Origin: Halobacteriales archaeon SW_9_67_24
Lineage (GTDB): Archaea; Halobacteriota; Halobacteria; Halobacteriales; Halococcaceae
DNA: 48,808 nt
Direction of reading: 5' to 3'
Assembly (NCBI GenBank): GCA_003022685.1
Contig: PXSV01000087.1
Span: 1 to 48,808, forward strand
The position numbers and the translations under genes were made by a program. The notes below the pieces were generated by a model. That model made no database searches. It was given only the letters and a program-made list of their open reading frames with translations, and had not been told where the DNA came from. Positions 12,046-21,588 of this stretch are shown here, piece after piece. Position 1 is the first letter of the stretch, and the number at the start of each line of letters is the position of its first letter.

Positions 12046-12942
12046 ATGGCTCGTCCGCCCGCCGTTCTCTCGATCGATTTCGAATGTTTCACCCATCTCC
12101 CCGCCTATCGAAACGCACGCGGGAAGACCGACCAGCGCGATGTCGGTCTCGACGTCGTGGACAGCCTTCTCACACTCTTTGAGGACCACGACGCCGCGGC
12201 GACGTTCTTCGTGGTCTCCGAGATCGCGGAACGTCACCCGGAGCGTATCGTACGGATCGCCGACACGAGCCACGAAATCGCTTCCCACACCCACCGCCAC
12301 CGGCACCTCTCAGCGCTGGACGAGCGCGAGCGTCGCGACGAACTCGCCACGTCCCGCATCGTCCTCGAAGACACGACGGGCGAACGGGTCACGGGGTTTC
12401 GCGCGCCGTCATTCGACACTGCCTCGGACCACTTCTCGATGCTCGCAGCCGCCGGCTACGAGTACGACGCCAGCGTCGCGCCGTGCCAGTCGATTCCGGG
12501 TTGGTACGGCGGCGAGCACAACGTCGACCGGCCCTGCCCAGCGACCCGTCTCGACCCCGACGCGCCTGCCGGGATCGCCGAACTCCCGGTCGGCGTGATG
12601 CCTCGACTCCGCCTCCCGCTCACGGGCACGTGGCTCCGGTTTTTTGGCCCGCGATACACGATCCTCGGCATGCGGCTGCTCGCGCGCCGCGGGATCGCGC
12701 CCGTACTCTACGTCCACCCATGGGAGCTTGTCGATCTTCCCCCTGTGGCGGGCGTGCCGAAGCGGGTCTACTGGCACACCGGCGCGTGGATGCGGCGCGC
12801 ACTCCGGCGGATCCTCGAACAGCCCTTCGAGTTCGTCACCGCACGGACAGTCGTGGAGGACGCAACTGCCTTCGACGCGAAGGGAGGCTCCCGTGCCGGC
12901 GACACGACCGCCAGCATCGACGATGGAACGGGAGGACGGTAG
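12046..12942 (+). CDS. polysaccharide deacetylase (CE4/NodB family)
   Basis: SIDFE, ATFFV, HEIASHTHRH, GFRAPSF, YDAS and LYVHPWE motifs. Confidence 0.9.
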   Translation: MARPPAVLSIDFECFTHLPAYRNARGKTDQRDVGLDVVDSLLTLFEDHDAAATFFVVSEIAERHPERIVRIADTSHEIASHTHRHRHLSALDERERRDELATSRIVLEDTTGERVTGFRAPSFDTASDHFSMLAAAGYEYDASVAPCQSIPGWYGGEHNVDRPCPATRLDPDAPAGIAELPVGVMPRLRLPLTGTWLRFFGPRYTILGMRLLARRGIAPVLYVHPWELVDLPPVAGVPKRVYWHTGAWMRRALRRILEQPFEFVTARTVVEDATAFDAKGGSRAGDTTASIDDGTGGR

Positions 12943-13978
12943 CGTGGACAACACACAGAGAGCGTGGCTCGTGCGTGGCGCACAGTACCTCCTCGGTGCG
13001 ATCGCGTTCGTGTGGGTTCTTAGACAGATCGAGTGGGAGCGCGCCGCGTCACTCCTTTCGGACGTATCCCTCGGCACGGCCGCGGCGCTCGTGGTCGTGA
13101 GCGCGATTGGACTCCTCGCTGCGCTTTGGATGTGGCACGTGCTGCTCGATAGCGTGCAGGACACGCACTTTCGAGCCGCCGCCGACACCGGTCTCATCGT
13201 GCGCTTCATCAACAATCTCCTCCCGTCGCGGCTGTCGGGGCGGGCGGTCGCTCCTTACGTCGTCCACAATAGAACCGGAATGGCCTATTCGGGTGCGGTC
13301 GCGGTCGCGGGGGTTCACACTGGACTCTATGCGCTGTTGTATGGGTTCGTCGCGCTAGTCGGACTCGTGCTCGGAGCGGGTCGGCTCTCGCTCGCACTCG
13401 CGCTCGTCCTCGTGCTCTCGACCGCACTCTACGCCGCTGCCGGGACGGCAGTGTTGCTCGCCGGTATCCATCTCGGAACCGTCGAGCGGATCGCCGGCGC
13501 GCTGGAGACGGTCGCCAGCCGCGTTCCGATCATCGGTGACCGTCTCTCGGCACTGACGGGAAAACTCCCCGCGTTCTCGGCGGCGTCGGCGGACACCTTC
13601 TGCGCCCTGTTGGGCGATCCAACCGCCGTGCTCTCGTACGCTGCGGGGTTCGTGCTTGCCCGGTTGGTCGCTCCTGGCCTGCGGGTCTGGTTGGTGTTCG
13701 AGGGCCTCGGTATCGGCTTCGAACCAGCACTCTTCCTTCCCATCTACCTCGTCATGGCGTACAGCGTGACGCTGCTGCCGCTCACGCCCGGCGGCGTTGG
13801 TGTCACCGAGGCGACCGCAACGGCGGTGTTCGTCGCGCTCGGCGTGCCAGAAACCGTCGTCGTTCCGGCAGTCTTCATCGACCGACTCCTCGGCACGTAC
13901 CTCCCGGCGCTCATCGGCTGGTATCCGTCCCTTCGGATTGATCTCTCCGACCTCGTCAAGTCGCCGGGCCCCGAGTGA
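12923..13978 (+). CDS. lysylphosphatidylglycerol synthase TM-domain (flippase-like) membrane protein
   Basis: About 8 TMs; FINNLLPSRLSG, LPLTPGGVGVTEA and FIDRLLGTYLP motifs; overlaps the deacetylase stop. Confidence 0.85.
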   Translation: MEREDGSVDNTQRAWLVRGAQYLLGAIAFVWVLRQIEWERAASLLSDVSLGTAAALVVVSAIGLLAALWMWHVLLDSVQDTHFRAAADTGLIVRFINNLLPSRLSGRAVAPYVVHNRTGMAYSGAVAVAGVHTGLYALLYGFVALVGLVLGAGRLSLALALVLVLSTALYAAAGTAVLLAGIHLGTVERIAGALETVASRVPIIGDRLSALTGKLPAFSAASADTFCALLGDPTAVLSYAAGFVLARLVAPGLRVWLVFEGLGIGFEPALFLPIYLVMAYSVTLLPLTPGGVGVTEATATAVFVALGVPETVVVPAVFIDRLLGTYLPALIGWYPSLRIDLSDLVKSPGPE

Positions 13979-14128
13979 ACCGAGGCAACGGCGGAGACCG
14001 AGGAGTAGCCATCGACCGCACACGGTGTACTACCGGAGAGAACCGCTTCGGGATCGGCCGTGGATGTTCGGTTGCAACCCCGCGATCCGCCCGTTGTCCA
14101 GCAAATTGTCGTGGGATTTGCGACCACC

Positions 14129-15274
14129 TCAGCCCGCGTCGACGTAGCCGAGATCGCGCAGACGGCGTTCGAGATCGTCGTCGACCGCCGCGCGGCCCGC
14201 CACAGCGCGCCCGTCGGTGGTTTCGAGCGAGACGTCAGCGTCGCGCGCGATCAACGTCCGGTCGCCGTCCCGCACCGCGATCGTCGCCTTGTCGTGCCAC
14301 GGCGCGATCGTGTACAGCGGTTGCGACGGGCCGTCGGCGAGGTCGTTGCCACGCCACGAATCGGGAGGATCGATCCCGACGCGTCCAAGCAGTGTAGGCG
14401 CGACATCGAGCGCGCTGAACCGTTCGTGGTCAGTCCCGATCCCGGCAAACACGACTGGCACCTCGACCAGCGTGTCGACCACCCGGCGGCGGAACCCCTG
14501 GTGGTAGAAGTACCCCTCTTCACCGAGTTCATCGCCGTGATCCGACGTGAACGCCACGACGGGGTCCGCGTCGAGGTCGTCAAGCAGCCGTTCGATCTGC
14601 GAGTCGACCCGGCCGAGCGCGTTCCGGTAGGCTTCGTCGATCAGCCGGGTCTCGTGCTCGGTCAGCGGGTCAGTGCCGAACAGTCCACCGTTGCCGGCCG
14701 CACCCGCCTTCCGGTCGAGGACGCGCGGGAGCGCGTCCGCACCGGTGCCGTAGGGACGGTGGCTTCCCATGAGATGCACCCAGAGGAACCGCGGCTCCGG
14801 GGCGGCGTTGAACTGGTTGATGGCCGCGTCCACCACGGTCCCGTCGTCGGGCAGCGAGGAGAGCACGGCCTCCATCGGTACCAGTCGGCGGTAGAGTCGC
14901 CTGACGGCCGGAAACCCGCCGAGGTACTCGCGGACACGGCTTCGGCGGTTCTTAAGGGGGTTGCCGGTGCCCTCGCTGAACGTCTCGTAGACCTCGAAGC
15001 CGGCACCGAACCCGAAGCCACGATCCGCCTGAGGCGTCGGCGCGAAACCGAGACAGGTGTAGCCGTGCTCGGCGAGCAGTTCCGGCAGCGACGGGCCGAC
15101 GACCTTCGAGCGGAGCGCCGAGACGAGTTTCGAGGAGAGCAGGCCGGCGAGGCTCGGTCGGGTGTAATGAGCCGCAGTGACCCCCGTTCGGGTATCAAGT
15201 GCGGAGACGAAGGGCATCGCGTCGAGGCGGTCGCGCCGGACTGAGTCTGCGGTCACGAGAACGATGTCCTCCAT
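14129..15274 (-). CDS. sulfatase-like (alkaline phosphatase superfamily) protein with Thr at the nucleophile position
   Basis: IVLVTADSVRRD, HYTRPSL, FLWVHLMGSHRPY, FTSDHGD, DVAPTLL and C-terminal RLRDLGY. Confidence 0.85.
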   Translation of the reverse strand: MEDIVLVTADSVRRDRLDAMPFVSALDTRTGVTAAHYTRPSLAGLLSSKLVSALRSKVVGPSLPELLAEHGYTCLGFAPTPQADRGFGFGAGFEVYETFSEGTGNPLKNRRSRVREYLGGFPAVRRLYRRLVPMEAVLSSLPDDGTVVDAAINQFNAAPEPRFLWVHLMGSHRPYGTGADALPRVLDRKAGAAGNGGLFGTDPLTEHETRLIDEAYRNALGRVDSQIERLLDDLDADPVVAFTSDHGDELGEEGYFYHQGFRRRVVDTLVEVPVVFAGIGTDHERFSALDVAPTLLGRVGIDPPDSWRGNDLADGPSQPLYTIAPWHDKATIAVRDGDRTLIARDADVSLETTDGRAVAGRAAVDDDLERRLRDLGYVDAG

Positions 15275-15491
15275 CGTCAGTTTGTGCCAAGCGGACACGA
15301 ATATAAGTCATGGTTCGGAACCAACCACCGAACCGACGGCCACGGTGCGCCTCCATCCCGCGACGCTGACGCCGAACCCGGGGTAACCCCGAGATGCCGT
15401 CCTACCGACGGATGCGCTCGGAGAGCGCCGAAGAGAATCGCCACGGTGACGAAAGGGAAAACCTTTGTTCGCCACCGAAATGCGTCGTCAC

Positions 15492-16885
15492 ATGAGTCGA
15501 ACGTTTGTCATCGGTCTCGACGGCGCGAGTTGGCGGCTGCTCACCCCGTGGATCGAGCGCGGCGAGCTGCCGAACATCGGCGACCTCCGCTCGACGGGAA
15601 CGTGGGCGGAGAGCCGGAGCTGCCTCCCGCCGGTGACCTTCCCGAACTGGAAGTGTTACTCCTCGGGGAAGGACCCTGGCGGGTTCGGCGTGTTCTGGTT
15701 CGAACAGGTCGATCTCGCCAACGAGGCGATCACGATCAACAACGGCGCGGACTTCGACACCGCCGAGCTGTGGGACTATCTGAATGACGAGGGGTACACG
15801 ACGGGCGTCGTAAACATGCCCACGATGTACCCGCCGCGCGAACTCGATGGGTGCGTCGTCTGCGGCGGTCCCGACGCCGTCGAGGGCGAGTACCGCTCGA
15901 TCGATTCGGGCTACACCTACCCCGAGGGACTCGATCGGGAACTCGAAGCGGCGTTCGATTACGAGGTTCATCCCGATCCGCTGCTGTCCTCGAACGCCGA
16001 GCGTGGCGCGGAGGTCGACGCGATCCTCTCGGGCATCGAGAAGCGCTTCGAGGTCGCCCACGCGCTGTTCGAGGAGCGAGACCTCGATTTCATGCATCTG
16101 ACGCTGTTCTATTTGAATGTCCTCCATCACTTCTTCTGGGACGACGAGCCCACGCTCCGGGCGTGGCGGCTCGTTGACGAGTGGCTCCCCCCCCCGGGCT
16201 CAACAGAGAGAATCTCCTCTCGATCGCCAAGCGCGCCGGCGTAGTCGACGTCCTCTCCCGTACCGTCCCCGAGCGAATCCAGAAACTGGTGCCACAGGAG
16301 GCGGGGCTCAAGCGTGGCCGGAAGCTCGAAGCGATCGACCTCGATCGGACGGCGGCGGTGGCGAGCGGCCAGGGACCGGTATATCTCACGGACGCGGGCG
16401 AGGCACGCCGCGAGGAACTCATTGACGCGCTTTCGCGGGTCGCGGACGACGAGGGCTCGCTTTTCACCGCGGTCAACCATGGCGAGGACGTGTACACGGG
16501 GCCGTACGTCGATGCGGCCCCCGAGATCGTCCTCGACCAGCGGCCTGGCGTCCACGTCAACGACGGCATCGGCGGCGGCAGCGTGTCGAGCGCGCCCGAT
16601 CGGTGGGCCGCCGAAAACACCCCACACGGACTCTTCGTCGCCAACGGTCCCGACTACGCGGCCGCCGGCGAGATCGACCCGATCGACATCGTCGACATCG
16701 CGCCCACAGTCGTCGCGAGCTTCGGGTGTGGCGTCCCGACCGACATGCGCGGGACGGTGCTCCCCGTGTTCGCGGACGATCGCACGTGGGAGCACCGGGA
16801 ACCGCTCGAAACGACCGCCACCGCAACGACGGACCGCTCGGGCGAAGTCGCGGACAGGCTCCGGGATCTCGGCTACATGGAGTGA
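15492..16885 (+). CDS. nucleotide pyrophosphatase/phosphodiesterase-type AlkP family protein; deletion/frameshift at a C-run near 16190
   Basis: VIGLDGASW, PPVTFPNW, SGKDPG, DIVDIAPTV and RLRDLGYME; the expected SDHG segment is missing at the junction. Confidence 0.85.
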
Positions 16886-16998
16886 CCGTCGGCCGTATTG
16901 GGGGAGTTCGACGGCCGCAACCTTTCCATCCTACCAAACAGCGTGGCCGGAGGCGCTGTTAACTTGGGCGACAGCCACCTGGGCAACCGCCACGGGCG

Positions 16999-17108
16999 GG
17001 GCTGAAAGGGGCGGCGCTCTCGCCGGCTGCGACTCGCTGCGGTCCTCGGCCTTCGGCCCGCGGTCCTTACTTCGTCTCGTACGCCGAGAGCGCCGGGGCT
17101 TTCAAGCC
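16999..17108 (+). repeat. palindromic intergenic element (TGAAAGGGGC...GGGGCTTTCA type)
   Basis: Perfect 11-bp stem CGGCGCTCTCG (17012-17022)/CGAGAGCGCCG (17085-17095); outer TGAAAG/CTTTCA; internal C(UUCG)G hairpin at 17048-17058; GCGGTCCT twice. Confidence 0.65.
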
Positions 17109-17208
17109 GGTTGTGTCCACTGTTTCTCCGGGAAATCGCTGAGTTGACATTGCCTGGCCGGGGCACCGAAGAGTTATCATTCAACCCGTGTGAATGTCGG
17201 GACGAAAG

Positions 17209-17661
17209 ATGCCGTCGGACCGCCCGGAAACGCTCGGTACTCGACTCTCGTCCGTCGCTCGTGTCGCCCTCAATGCAATAGTGGCGCTCCTCGTGCTAGC
17301 GACTGCCGCGTTCCTGCCGAGGGCTCTCGACCTCTCGCCGTGGGTGGGTTTCTGGAGTTTGCTCGTCGTGTTCGTCGTGCTGGCGGTCGCTCACGGACTT
17401 CGGTCCTATCCGTTGCACACGTTCGGGATCAGACGGCGCGTCGGCTACGCCGTCGCGCGCGAGGGACGATGTGACGAGTGTGGCGACGCGATCGCGGCGG
17501 GCGAACGCCGGCGATACGCGCGCCAGGCGGTCGCGTTCGGCGTGCCGCTCCACACGCTCGACTGGGGCGTGAACACCTACTGCGGCGACTGTCGAACCCA
17601 CGACGACGGGAGCGACCACACGAAAGAGGAGACGCACCAGTACGAACACGAGATGGCCTGA
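17209..17661 (+). CDS. hypothetical two-TM protein with C-terminal CxxC...CxxC zinc finger
   Basis: Two hydrophobic helices followed by CDECG and YCGDC. Confidence 0.7.
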   Translation: MPSDRPETLGTRLSSVARVALNAIVALLVLATAAFLPRALDLSPWVGFWSLLVVFVVLAVAHGLRSYPLHTFGIRRRVGYAVAREGRCDECGDAIAAGERRRYARQAVAFGVPLHTLDWGVNTYCGDCRTHDDGSDHTKEETHQYEHEMA

Positions 17662-17671
17662 CCGAGCGTAC

Positions 17672-18523
17672 TCAGTCGAGATACTCGCCGGCAAGCAGGT
17701 CGACGCGCTCTTTCGTTTCATCGGGAATCGCTTCGCTCGGGGTGTTGATCGTTCCCGCTAAGGCATGCTCGCAGTCACACTCGCGCTCGTCGGGCAGCGT
17801 CCGGATCGCGCGCTCGACGGTGGCGTTGATCGCTTCCTCGTTCGCGGCGGCGTTTTCGAGCACGTCGCCGAGGCGGTTCTCAACTGCGCCCTTCCAGACG
17901 CCCCAGTCGGTGATCCCCGTTACGGTCGCATAACACAGCTCGGCCTCGCGCGCGAGCTTCGCCTCCGGGACTGCGGTCATGCCGGCGAGATTCCAGCCTT
18001 GCTCACGGAACCACTCCGATTCGGCCTTCGTGGAGTACTGTGGTCCCTCGATGCAGACGTACGTACCGCCCTCGCGCGCGCCGTCGTCGGTGGCGGCATC
18101 CGCGGATTCGGCGAGATGGGTAGCCATATGGGGGCAGTACGGCTCGGCGAACTCCATGTGGACCACCATGCCGTCGCCGAAGAAGGTGTACTCTCGATCG
18201 CGCGTCCGATCGAACAGCTGATCGGGTACCACCAGGGTTTGTGGTGGGAGGTCGTCGCGGAGGCTTCCCACGGCGTTGGTTGCAAGCACCCGCTCGACAC
18301 CGAGTTGCTTGAGGGCGTGAATGTTCGCCCGATACGGCGCGTCGGTCGGCGAGAACTGGTGGTCGCGGCCGTGTCGGGGGAGGAAGGCGACCTCCGTCGC
18401 CTGAAGTTCACCCACCGTGATCGGTGCGCTCGGGTCGCCGAACGGCGTCTCGATCTTCTCCTCGCGGACGTCTTCGAGATCGAACGCCTCGTAGACCCCG
18501 CTGCCGCCGATAATGGCGATCAT
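17672..18523 (-). CDS. mtnP: S-methyl-5'-thioadenosine phosphorylase
   Basis: IIGGSG, ETPFGDPS, FLPRHGRDH, YRANIHAL, AVGSL, EGPQYSTKAES and GMTAVPEAKLAREAELCY. Confidence 0.93.
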   Translation of the reverse strand: MIAIIGGSGVYEAFDLEDVREEKIETPFGDPSAPITVGELQATEVAFLPRHGRDHQFSPTDAPYRANIHALKQLGVERVLATNAVGSLRDDLPPQTLVVPDQLFDRTRDREYTFFGDGMVVHMEFAEPYCPHMATHLAESADAATDDGAREGGTYVCIEGPQYSTKAESEWFREQGWNLAGMTAVPEAKLAREAELCYATVTGITDWGVWKGAVENRLGDVLENAAANEEAINATVERAIRTLPDERECDCEHALAGTINTPSEAIPDETKERVDLLAGEYLD

Positions 18524-18598
18524 ACACGGTTCGATCGGGTGTGCCCGGCTAAAACACCACGGGAAAAGGGCCATGTCGTCTCCACCCCTCGATCGTCC

Positions 18599-19413
18599 GT
18601 GGTTCGTGCCGACACCGACGGTCGATCAGACATCGACCGTCCCGGCGACACCGGATACGGCGACGACGCCGATCGCATCGGTAGTGCCGACGCCGATCCC
18701 CTGGCGCTCGCAGCGGCCCTCCTCCGAGCGGTGCGCTACGACGAGTCGACAGGCGCTCCGAGCGTGCGCTCCGCGATCTCCCGCCGGCGGCGCTCCGGGA
18801 CGCGCTCGCCACCGACGATCGTCGGCTCGCGTTCTGGCTCAACGTCTACAACGCCCACGTCCAGCTCCTGCTCGACGCCGCACCCGAGCAGTACGAGGAT
18901 CGACAGCGGTTTTTCGGCGCGGAAGTGGTCGCGGTCGCGGGCCACGGGCTGAGCCTCGACGACGTCGAACACGGCCTCCTCCGGCGCTCGCGACACTCGC
19001 TGGGCCTCGGCTACTTCCCGCGGCGAGCCGACGCCTTCGAGCGTGCCCATCGCCTCGACAGTCGCGACCCGCGGATCCACTTCGCGCTCAACTGCGGGGC
19101 CGAGAGCTGTCCCTCGATCCTCGCGTACGACCACGAGGCCATCGACGACCAGCTGGACACCGCGACGATGGGGTTTCTGGCGGGCGAAGTCGCGTACGAT
19201 TCCGACCGTGACGTGGTTCGCGTGCCGCGACACATGCTGTGGTATCGCGGCGACTTCGGCGGTCGGCGCGGGATCCGCTCGCTGCTCCGCGAGCACGGAA
19301 TCGTTCCCGCCGGCGCGACACCCGCGATCCGGTATCGCTCCTACGACTGGTCGCTCGCGGTCGGACGGTTCGCGTTTGCCGAATCCGACTCAGACGCCAC
19401 ACCACGCGAGTAG
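18599..19413 (+). CDS. DUF547 domain protein; frameshift near 18760-18790, start uncertain
   Basis: AFWLNVYNA, SLDDVEHGLLR, DPRIHFALNCGAESCP and WYRGDFG. Confidence 0.85.
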
Positions 19414-20235
19414 CTGCACGACGACGAGCGCCACCATCGCGGCGACGCTCGGGAACGGGACCCGTCGCTCGGTGTAGCCCGCCGCGTCCCACACCGACAC
19501 CGGGAGGACGACCGCGCTCGCCGCCGCGACGACGGCCGGAAGCGCGCCGCCCGCCAGGACGGGAAGCGTGCCGAACGCGAGGTAGACCGCCCCGACGTAC
19601 AACAGCTTGAGCCGGCGTGGCGACCACCGTGTAACGAGCGTTCGCTTCCCGACGGCGGCGTCGGGCCGTCTGTCTGGCCACTAGGTCGCCAGCAGGTTGG
19701 CAAACACGACCAGGAAGAGGGGAAAGGCACGCAAGCAGCGTTTTCGCTACTGACCCGTTGAGGACCGCTGTACCGTACGCCGGGAGGACGAGGCCGCCGA
19801 GCGCGGCGTTGTCGAGTTCGCCCCAGCCGCGCCACGCGAGTTGCAGCGGCCCGACCGAGTACTGCCAGCCGAACAACGCGATGACCGCGAGCAGCGTAAC
19901 TGCGAGACGCGGGAGGGGGTCGAGAGCGATCCCGATCAGCGCGACGACCGAGCCGGCGACGAGCGCAGCGATCCCGGCACGGAGCGCGAGGCTTCGGGGG
20001 AGCCCCGTCCGTGCGAGCGCGCCGCTCCCGCCCGAAAACGGCGTGCGGTCGGTCAGTGCGTCGGTCTCGTGGTCGGCGTACTCGTTGGCGTAGTGGACCT
20101 CGCGGCGACCGCAAGCAGCGCCGCACCGCCAACCACGAGTCTCGGGACATCGAGGGCGGCCCCGCTCGACAGCGCGATCTTCGCGCCGAGCGCGTAGACG
20201 ACGAGCACCAGGCAGAGCTGTGCGGGACGGCTCAT
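19390..20235 (-). CDS. UbiA/MenA-family prenyltransferase; several frameshifts
   Basis: MSRPAQL, HYANEYADHETD, RTPFSGGSG, WQYSVGPLQLAWRGWGELDN and PDAAVGKRTL distributed across frames. Confidence 0.82.
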
Positions 20236-20276
20236 CTCCCAGCACGCTCGGAGTCGGGTCCGGAGCCCCGGGATCG

Positions 20277-20972
20277 TCAGTCGACCAGTCGCCACTCGTC
20301 GGTGTCGGTCGGTTCGATCACGTCGCGGCGGTGCATCTCCGCCAGCACCTCGCCCAATCGATTCGGCTGGGCGACCTCCATCCCGATCCGATCGAGGTCG
20401 TGGTGGTCGGCGAGGAGGTCGCGGATCGCCTCGGTCGAGACCGCCTCCCGGTCGGTGCGTTCCATGACGCCGCTCACGAGGTCGATCATGTCCTCGATGA
20501 AGTTCCAGGGGTAGACGATCCACGCCCACCCGTCGAGCCGCTCGCCGACGTAGTCGGGTTCGAAGTCGCTCGTGCCGAGGAGTTGGAGGGTCGCGGTGCG
20601 CACCTCGTCGGGTTCCCGATCGGTGACGTACTCGCGGGCGTGTTCGATCGACCCGCCGGTGTCGGCGATGTCGTCGATGATGAGCACGTTCTTGCCGTCG
20701 ACCGACCCCTCGGGCATCGGGTACCGGATCTCGGGCTCGCCGCTTTTGACGGCCGTACCCACGTAGTGTTCCATCTTCAGGCTGGTGAGGTCGTCGAGCC
20801 CGAGGAAATCGCACAGGCAGCGGCCCGCGAACCAGCCCCCGCGGGCGAGCGCGACGACCACCTCCGGTTCGAACCCCGAGCGCTTGACCTCGTCGGCGAC
20901 CGCTCGACACCGACCGTAGATGTACTCCCAGTTGGTGACGGTGCAGGTGAAATCGTCCGGCAGTTCGGACAT
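20277..20972 (-). CDS. purine phosphoribosyltransferase family protein
   Basis: VVALARGGW, PRPP-binding VLIIDDIADTGGS and WIVYPW. Confidence 0.9.
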   Translation of the reverse strand: MSELPDDFTCTVTNWEYIYGRCRAVADEVKRSGFEPEVVVALARGGWFAGRCLCDFLGLDDLTSLKMEHYVGTAVKSGEPEIRYPMPEGSVDGKNVLIIDDIADTGGSIEHAREYVTDREPDEVRTATLQLLGTSDFEPDYVGERLDGWAWIVYPWNFIEDMIDLVSGVMERTDREAVSTEAIRDLLADHHDLDRIGMEVAQPNRLGEVLAEMHRRDVIEPTDTDEWRLVD

Positions 20973-21203
20973 GGTGGTGCTCCGGCGTGACTCCGTGGCC
21001 GGCCCTGTTAACCCTGTTCGTCGAACGTCCTCACCGGCCAGTGATCGAGTCTCGCCACGTCACAATGGCGGACTAGGCGACGTCGAACCGTCTTCCGTTG
21101 TCCGCCGACCTCACGATTCGGGGCTTCGGACTCGGCAACCACGTATAGATCATCTGCGGATGAACGCAGGCAGTTTGTCAACGATCGCTCGAACCCCGAT
21201 GCT

Positions 21204-21540
21204 ATGCTCGATACCGACGCTGTCTTCGACGTCCTCGCCGTGCGTCGCCGCCGCTACGTGCTCTACGCCCTGCTCGAAGCCGATGGCGGACTCGCACTCG
21301 CGGATCTCGCCGGCCTGATCCGAGGCGATGGCCGGCGCGTGCCGACGGGTCGCCGCCGATCTCGCGCGGACTCACCTCCCGGCGCTCGACCGGGAAGGGC
21401 TCGTCGAGTACGACCGCGAGCGTGAGCACGCCCGCCTCGCCGACGGCCACGACCGAGCGACCTCGTATCTCGAACTCGCCAGCCGGTACGAGCGCCCTCC
21501 GACCGCCGCCACGCAGGGCGACACCGAACCGGGCCGGTGA
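21204..21540 (+). CDS. small haloarchaeal winged-helix protein; frameshift near 21325
   Basis: DAVFDVLAVRRRRYVLYAL...LADLA followed by HLPALDREGLVEYD in the next frame. Confidence 0.75.
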
Positions 21541-21588
21541 GCACACCCCGGTCGATGGATTGAGGGCGCGCGGCGGCGATCGATCCGT

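Noticed and set aside
17870-17906. MtnP reads TDWGVWKGAVENRL where TDYDxW is expected, suggesting altered specificity
   Set aside because: It is a short garbled patch in the error-rich half of the window, more likely base-calling noise; it needs read support.
20973-21203. Intergenic regions screened by eye for tRNA or known ncRNA (also 31465-31605 and 32221-32370)
   Set aside because: No cloverleaf, T-loop context or recognizable RNA family was found; a tRNAscan-SE/Infernal run would confirm.
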